Of a stretch of DNA of 64,000 nt, positions 1 through 9,560 are shown piece after piece. Location of the stretch: assembly GCA_965113315.1 (NCBI GenBank), contig OZ220363.1; one strand, 5' to 3'. Under the pieces are notes generated by a model. The model was not told the DNA's origin. It saw only the letters and a program-made list of their open reading frames with translations, and did no database searches. Numbering within the stretch: the first letter of the stretch is position 1; every line of letters begins with the position of its first letter. Both the position numbers and the translations under genes were made by a program. This stretch comes from Podarcis vaucheri. Lineage: Eukaryota.

Positions 1-181
1 AATTAAAAATTGCTGCTGTTTTGTGATATTTAAAGCCAGCTGCCTGATTGGGCTGGTCCTGGAACTTTACTTGGTTGACTTAAAATAGTAGCTTTACTTG
101 TCTGGTGCCTTCTTAGCACTTACAGCATATTCTTTGTTAAACACTAGCATTGCATTCTTTTGGGGTTTCTGTATACTGCAG

Positions 182-957
182 GTTTTGCGGATGATGGTTG
201 GCGTAAACATCTCGGATGAACAGTTGGGCAGCATTGCTGACAGAACAATCCAGGAGGCTGATCAAGATGGTGACAGTGCAATCTCCTTTGCAGAGTTTGT
301 TAAGGTCAGGAAACAATGTTTAATATGGCAAACCTAATTAAGTGCTAGGATTGCCGAATCAGATGTGCAATCAAATGAATAGGAGGCTTAGGTGCATAAT
401 TTCTTCAGTTATTTTGCTATTTCCCATATCTGAACATAAATTGGCAGAGGTGTGCTCTTCAGCTTCATAACAATTGCAATTTATCTTATTTGCTTAAATG
501 ATTCTTGTTAGACACATTAGTTTTTCTAAATATTTTTAGCGTGTGACAACTTTGCATGCTGTTCCAAGGCATGGTCTGTGGGTAAATGATACAGGAGCCT
601 TTCTTGAAATTAAGCTGATTTGGTTTGGTCAGTGCTTTGATTAGCCCAGGGATAATCTTGAATTCCATAAATGCAATTAAATACACTCCAAATGCAAGTG
701 TTGCTAAGTACAGCTTTCATTTTCCATAAAATATATTACTGATGACCTCTAGGTCAAGATCTACAAAAAATAGTTCTGTAGCACAAGAGGATATGCAGTA
801 GGAAAGCTGACTAGAATGGCTTCCTAAGACAAGACTAAAGTCTAAATGTTGAGATAGAATTCGATTCCTGTGACAAATGGTTAACAATTCTACTTTTTTG
901 CAGGTTTTGGAGAAGGTGGATGTAGAGCAAAAAATGAGCATTCGATTTCTTCACTGA
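182..957 (+). CDS. CHP1: Calcineurin-like EF-hand protein 1, last two coding exons (182-304, 904-957); 5' part lies outside the window
   Basis: cag|182-304|gtcagg encodes [41 protein letters not shown] (EF-hand [12 protein letters not shown]). cag|904-957 encodes [17 protein letters not shown], the CHP1 C-terminus. Phase-0 junction. Confidence 0.97.
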
Positions 958-2550
958 TGGATCAAGGCCCATTCCTTGTTGTCCTGATATTTAAGGAATA
1001 TAGTTTGTTTTACCCTCTCCTGAGCATTCCTGCTGGTGCGTGTGAGGTACATCTCCAAACCCCCCTCAGTTTGTTCCATCGATGTGAACATTCCTTCTGC
1101 ATCAGAACAAAGGAACGTGGCTGCAGTGCAGCTTGGAATGGAACCTTGAAATGGCCTTTTCCTCACACTTCTCTTTGCTTTGTTTTCTGGTTATAAATTA
1201 TTTCTTCCCATGTTATTATAATCTTCTACTATTTTATGAACTATGACAACAAAAATCTGACTTGGTAGTATTTGTATTCTCTATTCGGTTTGTCTGGTTA
1301 ACAAACTGTTTTCTTCTGTCCTTGGTTTTGTTTAAATATAGATGTTTGCCACTCTTAACTTCACAGAGTAATGCAAGGCCAATGGTTTTGTTTTCGGAAT
1401 TAAGGCTTCGGAGCTTTGTCTTGCAAGTGTGTCAAATGTTATGAATTTGTCCACAGATGTGGGATGTCTGCCAAGAGAGTAACTTGCAGTTCTGAAAACA
1501 TAGTAATTGGGTACTTGAATGAAACTATTTCATAGCAAGCTGTTTCTTAACTGGAAAAAGTTGATTGCCTCTCTGCTGCCCACCCCCTGCCACCAGCTTT
1601 GTTTATGTAGACTATTTTGATTTGCATTATACTTAAATTACTCAAATTTCTTTCTTGTGCTTTTATTGTTTTTCAGTGAATGTTTGCAATACATAATTTT
1701 TGTTGCACAGCTTATAATGGAAGGCTTTTCATACCAATTATGCCAACTGGAACTTTCGTCTCCAACATGCATGTCAAAGTCCAGATTTGAGTAGTACTGT
1801 GTCCCTACAAATTATGTGGGAACACTAACAGTTTTAGGAAAATTCTTAGCACATGTGTACCTTTATTACTTCAGATTATATTTTGAAAGTTTTATTTTAA
1901 CCATACACAAGGATCAAGTAACATTGTGAATTTTGATGTAAGCAGCACAATACAGAACAGAGGGCTCAAAAGCAATGAATATGATGATCTTTTCAGGCTG
2001 GATTGTCTTTGCTTGTTAGTAAACAATTCTGTTGCACTGATTATCAATGAACTTTGACAACCATTTTTAACTGTGCAGTGTTGGCTTCCAAGATGCAGAA
2101 AAATACTTTGGTAAAAATCAGTGTTCAAATGCTCCTGACCCCTGCTATATGTCAGCATTTCTATAAGTATTGAGTGCAAGTTAATCTAGTTTACTTAAAT
2201 GCGACACAATTCAATGATCCTTAAGAATTGCACACTATCTTACATTTTAAAAAAAAAACTGCAGAAGAAAATCTATTCCTTCTTCAGACAAATTATAAAG
2301 ATGGGAACAAGATTAAAGGGTGATTGCTTACAAACACTTTAGAATTTTTGATCACAATGTAAACATAGGAATTTTATAAAGAGAATGAAAATGAAAGTAA
2401 CACCAAGTTGTTAGATTTATTGTTTGAAATCTGCTTATTTGAAAATAAGCAATCTTCCTTTGGCTATAGCGGTAATCCACAGGTGTGCCTTGTCAGATCT
2501 ATTATATTCATCAACTATCCATGAATAAAATCCTTCAACATACTGTGTTC
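958..2550 (+). other. CHP1: CHP1 3' UTR with candidate poly(A) signal AATAAA at 2524-2529
   Basis: AU-rich, repeat-free sequence after the stop; AATAAA followed by GT-rich tgtgttctgtg. The 3' end is inferred. Confidence 0.6.
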
Positions 2551-3689
2551 TGTGAATGAATGGAGGTTTTAAATAACACAAGGTGCCTGTAGAATGCTAC
2601 AGCTGAAAGACTTTATTTTCTCATATACTAATCTAGTTTTTAAGAGATTGGGTGACATCCAGTGCTGTCAACCCACTTGCACAACAGGACTTGTCTTTTT
2701 CGTCCCTGCTCAAAAGAAAGGAAAACGAAACAAAAAACCTGCTCTGCAGGCTCCTGCAACCTTCAAAAGATTTCGGAGAGCAAAGAGAAACCCAGCTGCA
2801 TAAGCAGATGTTTGCTCATGCAACTTTGGATCTCACCTCTTGTTTTCATTACTCAGGTTTTAAATGGCTTTGAATTTTCAACCTGCAGGCATTTAGAATG
2901 TTTTACAAGCAATATATATCAACTGGAATTTCCTGCTTTCTCTTAGGCCAGGAGTGTGTGGTCCTATTGCCCTTATATCTGTGGCTTAGCTATTTATCAG
3001 TTTAATGGTGGGAATAAATAGGAGTTTCCTGCCTTTTACTCAGAATATGTTAAGACAGAACAGATTTTAAAACTTCAGATAAAATTAGAAATAACGGGGA
3101 ATGGAGATGAAATACATGCCAGCTAATGTGTATTCTTAACTCTTGTTGTTAGTCCAGCTGTGCATTTTAACTCATATAAACTTCTCAACTTGATGGGTTT
3201 TGCTTAGGTTTCAGTAGCTGTACAATTCACTGTAGAGTGTAGAAACCTGAAGACTCATTTATTATGTTCCTAACTAAAGGGACTAAAGGTTGATTCTCAT
3301 GTTACGGTAGATGCAAATTCCCATTTGTCTACAAAAAAGAATACATTAAAGCACTGTAAGAAGTCTAATATCAATATGGAGTTACTGCAACTATTCATTT
3401 CCTGGCATGTCTTGTCAGAAAAACAACACTCAAGCCATTGTTATATATGTTAGTATTAATCTATATATTAAAAGTACATAATTGTAAATGTGAAGCTTCC
3501 CTAATATTAATTTCAGTTTGCCTTGATCCCACCTAAAAGACAGAGTAAGTTAATTGAAATGATGGATCCAACTCAAGATTATGATGAACGTTGGTTATCA
3601 CCCATACACAAAATATGAATGCATAACATGACATACCTTTTGGTGTGCTATGTTATCCAAACATAATAAACCTACTAAATTAGTACTGA

Positions 3690-3831
3690 CTCAGTTGGTA
3701 GAGCATGAGACTCTTAATCTCAGGGTTGTGGGTTTGAGCCCCACGTTGGGCAAAAATATTCCTGCATTGTAGGGCTCAGACTAGATGACCCTCGTGGTCC
3801 CTTCCAACTTGACAGTTCTATGATTCTATGA
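3690..3831 (+). mobile_element. tRNA-Lys(CTT)-derived SINE with CR1-like 3' tail
   Basis: 3690-3751 closely matches tRNA-Lys-CTT (ctcagttggtagagcatgagactcttaatctcaggg...ccccacgttgggc) but lacks the 5' acceptor strand. It continues into a CR1-type end (ggtcccttccaac...ttctatgattctatga). Confidence 0.85.
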
Positions 3832-3960
3832 CTAGGAGACAACAGAAAATTGTCCCATATAGCAAACACCTCTTCTGTTATGGTGCAACAACCAGAACAA
3901 CAATCTTAAAACTTGTGCAGGTCTCTAGATAGCTTCCTACAGGATATTCCCCCTAAAGTA

Positions 3961-4631
3961 CAGTTGTGCCTCGCAAGACGAAATTAATTCGTTCCGCAAG
4001 TTTTTTCTTGCGAGTTTTTCATCTTGCGAAGCACGGTTTCCCATAGGAATGCATTGAAAATCAATTAATGCGTTCCTAGGGAAACCGCTTGCCAGGCTGG
4101 CGGTGCGGAGAAGGGCTTTTCTCCCCACCGCAAGCTTTCAGGAGAGGTACGGGAACAGAGGGGAAGGCGCGCAGCGCTTTCCCTCTGTTCCCGGGGCTTG
4201 CGTGGGAGGAGGGTTTTTCCTCCCCACCGCCAACATTCAGAACAGCATTCTGAATGTTGGCGGTGGGAAGGAAAACCCTCCTCCCACCCCAAGTCTTCAG
4301 GAAAGCCATCCGAAGCTGGGCGGTGGGAGGAGGCGTCCCCCCCCGCCCGGCATCGGAGCTTTGTTCCGATGCCGGGCGGCGGGAGGAGGCGTTCCCCCCC
4401 CCCGCCCGGCATCGGAGATTCGTTCCGAAGCCGGGCGGCGGGAGGAGGTCCGAGGACAGTAGGGAAGACGCGCTGCGCTTCCCCGCTGTCCCGGAGATTT
4501 CCCTATGGGCTGTCATCTTGCGAAGCAAGCCCATAGGGAAATTCGTTTTGCGAAGCGCCTCCAAAACGGAAAACCCTTTCGTCTAGCGGGTTTTCCGTCT
4601 TGCGAGGCGTTCGTCTTGCGGGGTACCACTG
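3961..4631. mobile_element. Non-autonomous Tc1/mariner (Tigger/pogo-like) DNA transposon with GC-rich palindromic interior
   Basis: TA|cagttgtgcctcgcaagacgaa ... ttcgtcttgcggggtaccactg|TA: terminal inverted repeats and TA target duplication; no transposase ORF. Confidence 0.85.
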
Positions 4632-5439
4632 TATAGTCACAGTACCCACACCAGTATGAAACTAAGCTTTCAGGGTGCTATCATGCAGCCCAAACATGGG
4701 ACTTCAGAATTTTTATAGTGCCCCCCCCCCGAAAATTACTGTCAGATCATACCTGTACCCACTGATCACACCAGGAAAAAAGGGAGAGCTAGCAATTCAC
4801 AGCGCCACCTAGGAGCAAAAATGGAGAATCTGAGGTACAGATCCCATGTGAATATATATGATTCCTTCACAAGTTATTGATGGTGGTGGGTGACAAATCC
4901 CTTCTGAAAACCCAGAGGGTTTCTTTTTGAGATCTATTTTTGCAAAATGGTGGAACGAGGAAGTGCAAGATTCGGTCTGTGGAGACAAGTGTGATCTGAG
5001 TTTTGATGAGGGTTTTGGTCTACATTTTCTGTGCAGTTGTTCCAACTGTGTTTCAAGAAGGCATTCCCAACCTGCCAGAGCAAAAAGCTAAGCAGTCTGA
5101 TTTCTACTGAGGAAGCTCTTTCTTAAGTAGGGCTGGCGTGAATGTACCACCCTTTATATAATGCTTATTCTCCCCCGTGTAATTTGCAGGACACCCAGAA
5201 CTAAAGCTGAAAGAACTGTCTAGGTTGTAAGTGGCAGGGCCAACCCAAGACATTTTGGCATCACAAAATGGCACCCTCCCTCCCTGCCAGTGAAGAAGGG
5301 GTGAGTGAAGACCAGAAACGGGAGGAATCTGCCTGCCTGCCTCTATGCCTGAGGCGGTTGCAGCACCTTGCCTTGTGGGTGGGCCTGGTGTGTTTAGGAT
5401 TGAAGCCCGGTTATAGTTCCCTATCGGCCCATCAAGTAA

Positions 5440-6760
5440 GATCGCAAAAGATCCCGCTCTACATTCCCCATTCAATTTGGACGCGCTCACTTGAGCAAAT
5501 TAGTGGCAGCGGGCACGAGCATCCTACTGAGCGAGGAGGAGGAGGAGGAGCAGCTGCGGGGGGGAAATGTAACAGAATAAACAAAAGTACAATTTCCAAT
5601 TTGCGCATTCCCGCCACCGCGCACAACCCCTTCCTTCCTTTAGGAGGCGTCCTGAACGACTGAGTACACCGAACGCCTAACACTCGCCTCCCGGTCATCC
5701 CACTTCTTCAACGCGGTAATAGGACTCGCGCGGAGGAAGGCGTATACCACATCGCGGTTGGCCAATCGCCTCTCCGTGTCCAGCCGTTTGGGGGAAGCCT
5801 ACCCAATGGCAACCCAAAGCGGAGAAGTGAGTGACAGGAGAGCAGCCCACTCGGTGGGACCCGCGTTCTGTAGAACGGCCGCTGCGTCGCCCTGCGCCGG
5901 CCTCCCATTGGGCGCTCGAAGTAAGGAGGGGAAGATGGCGGAGTGAGGGGGAAGGAAGGAGAGCGCCGTGGGCTGCGGCCCTGGGGCCTTAACTGAGGTA
6001 AGACATGGCGGGCTCAGGGGCTTCGGTGGGCAAGGTCCGTGGGCACCAGGGCCCGCTGGACCGAAAAAACCAACCTGGAGCCTGGAGCTCACTTGGCGAA
6101 GCCCGTCCGTTGAGCCGGTCGGAACCTGCTCTCTCTCTACGTGCCTGTCCCGGTTCTGTGTCGCTGGAGAGAGACAAGTTCTGGGGTCCGGAGCGTATTC
6201 TTATTACCTCAGTTCTGGCCTTTTACCTCATAAGGGGCCTCCTTCCTCCTCCTCGTCCGGGGTTTGTGAGGGTGGGAGCAGCTCGCTTTTCTCTGCCTCC
6301 AGAGCCGCAAACTTGTAAGCGGGCTACGCCTGGAACAAGGGGGTCGAGAATCGCTGCGTGGCCTCGGTGGCCAAGCCAGGGCCACCCCCTCCTTTCCCCT
6401 TCTCCTACCTCCCCAAAGCTGGCAGGGAGCGACGGCTTGCTGGTGAGGCCCTGCACGGGCGAGGTGCTCCAGGCACCCGACGCTGTGCAGCGGCCAAGGC
6501 TGTGCACCGCCTCTCTAGTTCTCGAGCGGGTGGGGTTGGCGAGGCATTGCTGCGGGTACTTGGGCCTCACTGGACATCCCAGTGGCGAAACCATCTCCTG
6601 CCTTCTTTCCAGTGTTGAGAAGTGGGTTGGGGGTCGGTGCGCATTTTCCAGGGGGGTCCTCTGTAGCTCCTGTGCTTTTCAAGGGAAGGCTGGAGTTCGT
6701 CGTGCCTGCAGCCGACTAGCCCGGCCTCTAGTCAGCGTTACTGCGCAGGGCCGATTATGT
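5440..6760 (+). promoter_or_regulatory. CpG island / promoter of Cyrano (OIP5-AS1)
   Basis: CpG-rich island with no protein-coding exon. CCAAT at 5762-5766 and 5803-5807, ATTGG at 5907-5911, ZNF143/SBS-like motifs at 5459-5470 and 5561-5572, YY1/TISU GAAGATGGCGG at 5931-5941, strong donor gag|GTAAGA at 5998. Confidence 0.8.
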
Positions 6761-8775
6761 GTCCCCTTTTCTTTCTTGAGCTGACAGGGGTGCCAACTTG
6801 AATAAAATATCGTGGGGACCAGGTAAGCCCCACCCCACATAATCGATCACATGACGCATTTCCCACATGCTATTTGAATGGCGATGCTCGTCAACTTTGT
6901 GGGGCCCCGGCCCCCTCAAATATTTTATTGTGGGGTCCGAAGCCCCCAGGAGTTGGCTTCTGTGAGAGCTGTATCTCTTGTTGATTCAGCTCCCATTTTC
7001 CCTTGTCTTGCACTTCACAGCTTTCATGTGCCTGTGTGTATCAGAAATAGAACAAGCCATATGTTTTTGTGGGGATCAGGAAGGCTTTCGCTGTCCTGTT
7101 TCCATACTCTTATAAGTGGACATATTTCTTTCCATTATTGTTTACTTTTTCTGTGAATTTTGCTTTTTAAAAAAGAAAAACAACCCCGGGTCTTATTTGC
7201 TTCTTACAATTCTGTGTTTAATAAGTAACACATACAAGCAAGAATGACAGATCAGCTGTTTTCTTAAAGAAGTCAAGAAATAGGAGCCCATCTGCAATGA
7301 AGAAATAAATTATGACTAGCTTTGGGAAAAAACATTGAAACATACACTATGAACAAGCTGGCAGATCTTATGTAGAATTGCTGGTGAGCTTCAGCAGATG
7401 GCTGGAGTGCATTTTGAATGCATTAATTTGTATGCACTGTATCAATTGCTATATAGACAAAGAGCAGCTGCATCTTATTGAAGCAGATACTGCAGAAATA
7501 TATATTTTTTAATTGCATACTTAGGAGATTCTATTTATACAGCTGCCAAAATGTCTTTGAATGGAAAAGAGACAGATGTGAAGAAATGGAGGTCTAATTC
7601 AAACTGCCCCAAGTAAGGGTCTATCATTTTTGGCGAGCTTTACTGGCAGAGTCAAAAACTGTAGTTGCCAGCCCACTTTTCTATGAGCCAAGCCCCTTTC
7701 AAGCCTTTCCCAAGGGAAGAACTAGTGGAAAGAATGCCAGGTTGCTGTCACTGCTTGAAAATGTCCCAAACCTTCAAGCAACAAATCAAGCACCCTCCCA
7801 AGGGAAGGGCCTGAGGGTAATGTGGTCAAGGCTTGCAAGCCTTTCACACAGTGGTGCACAATGTACTCCACCTGCCTTTCCCAAGAGAAGGGTGGATGGG
7901 GAGAGTAGCCAGTTGGGTGCCACTGTTTGAATGTCCCCCAAGTGCCTTCAGGCCAGTGGCATAGCTAGCCACTTGGGCACCATGCGAGCAGGGCGAGCAG
8001 GGCACAAAGCCAGAATCCCAGCGCCTGAGGTGTTACGTTCTGCTCAGGCGTCCTGCAGGCCCGCGTTGCTCTTTCAAGCAGCGCAGAGCCTGCAGGAAGT
8101 CTGCCCAATGCTTCCCCCTCAGCTGGAGGGTAATTGAGAGGGAGGCAGTGGGCAGAGGCCAGTCCCACAGTGCTTTTTGGGGCGTCATGGTGTCTGCAGG
8201 CGCCCAAGACACCATGGCTCAGGTTCGCTGTGGGCCCAGCACTGCTCGTGGGGCCAGCTCGTGCCAGTTGCATCCTTCTCAGCTGCCCTCCGGCGGCTGT
8301 GGGGGATGCAGCAGCTTGGCACCCTGCAAGCACAGCCCTGGTCCGCACTGTGCTCTGGGGTGCCTGGATTTGGGTGTCACCTTGGGCTCCAGCACTCAAC
8401 ACAAATACACACCCCAGCTTCTGGCAAGGACACTGGGAAATACATGGAAAAGATGAAAGCACTAAAAACTGTTATTTTGGCAACCCAAAAACCTGGGTGT
8501 TAGTGATATAGACATTTCCCCTGGAAAAAATTAATTCCAGCTTTGAAACTGCCTTATTTGATAGATAATTGCTAATTCATTTTATAAAGCAAAGCAATGC
8601 ATTTTTATGGCCTTTCTGACACCAATGGGACTAAAATTCTAAAACTGCTGATCTCTTCCTAAGTCTATCTCCATCTTCTTGTCATCTTTGCTGGCATGAC
8701 ACAGACACCATTTTGCAGAGCTGGTGGTTGCTGTGTTGAGATTGGGCCTTGATCCAAGGCAATTGGGATATTACG

Positions 8776-8793
8776 ATATATACATATATACAT

Positions 8794-8831
<38 letters not shown>
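8776..8831. repeat. (AT)n / ATAC microsatellite
   Basis: Direct reading. Confidence 0.95.
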
Positions 8832-8834
<3 letters not shown>

Positions 8835-8920
8835 GGTTTTGGTATCTTCGGGTGTCTTCCCGTGTAAGAGTAGGGGTGTCTGGGCGACGTTTCGACGAGG
8901 TCTCACTCGTCATCTTTAGA
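8832..8920 (-). mobile_element. Penelope-like element terminal fragment with a truncated minimal hammerhead ribozyme
   Basis: Minus strand reads ctAAAGA-t-GACGAG-tgagac-CTCGTC-GAAA-CGTC-gccc: helix II, GAAA, palindromic ACGU helix III and a GUC cleavage triplet. It runs into an (AT)n tract. Confidence 0.7.
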
Positions 8921-9150
8921 GCCAATGAGATATCAGCATATGCACAAAACCCTCCACCTTTATCACTTGAGCAGTGATGAAAGCCACCACCAATATTAAT
9001 TGCCCATCCTCTCTCAATGGCCAGTTTCCCTGCCATTATTGTTCCTCCAGTTTGAGTTCTCAGGGGCCTCAGCACCTTTCTCTGAACAAGGAAATTGGGC
9101 AGAAAAAGAACAGGTGGGATTTCTGTAATTGTCGCCACAACAAAGGACCA
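8914..9150 (-). pseudogene. HDAC11: Processed (intronless) HDAC11 fragment, 79 codons
   Basis: Encodes WSFVVATITEIPPVLFLPNFLVQRKVLRPLRTQTGGTIMAGKLAIERGWAINIGGGFHHCSSDKGGGFCAYADISLALK, the class IV HDAC core including the GGGFHH motif. No introns, N-terminus or C-terminus. Confidence 0.92.
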
Positions 9151-9256
9151 CTGAATGAACTTGAGTTGAAAGACTGGGAGAAACTTGGTGGCTCGGAAAC
9201 CCTGTGGTTGCTTCAATTGCTCCCAAGGTTTTTGTTTTGCTTATATATATGTATGT

Positions 9257-9560
9257 ATTGTCCAGTAGCACCTTAGAGACCAACTGGGTTTGTTCTTGGT
9301 ATAAGCTTTCATGTGCATGCACACTTCTGGATATATGGACTCTGTTCTGAAACTGTATGCCATCAGTGATCCTAGCTACATAAGTGACACCACAAACTTT
9401 CTGAGGAAAATACAATCTTTGAACAGGTATCTGAAGAAGTGTGCATGCACATGAAAGCTTATACCAAGAACAAACTTAGTTGGTCTCTAAGGTGCTACTG
9501 GACAATTTTTTTATATATATTTTGAGTGCGTCAGACCAACACAGTTACCTACCTGAATCT
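9257..9560. mobile_element. Penelope-type non-autonomous element with 72-bp inverted repeats and a + strand minimal hammerhead (9426-9465)
   Basis: Arms 9257-9328 and 9435-9506 are reverse complements with 2 mismatches. GGTAT-CTGAAGA-a-GTGTGCatGCACAT-GAAAGCTT-ATACC has type I hammerhead topology. Confidence 0.8.

Noticed and set aside
3690-3751. tRNA-Lys gene
   Set aside because: The 5' acceptor strand is missing, the T-loop is mutated (gtttga), there is no T-run terminator, and it continues into a CR1-like SINE tail.
4065-4586. Cluster of overlapping 110-162 aa ORFs / possible CRISPR-like repeats
   Set aside because: All lie within a GC-rich MITE interior. The repeats are tandem or inverted with no unique spacers, and the DNA is vertebrate.
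6005-6784. 259-aa ORF in the CpG island
   Set aside because: It starts just after the exon-1 donor, so it is intronic. Its Arg/Gly/Pro-rich composition is typical of GC-rich chance ORFs, and no domain is recognisable.
8665-9216. 183-aa ORF as a functional HDAC gene
   Set aside because: Only 79 codons are HDAC11 and they lack the zinc-binding DxH/D residues. The flanks translate repeat and (AT)n sequence, the start is non-ATG, and no further HDAC11 exons are in the window.
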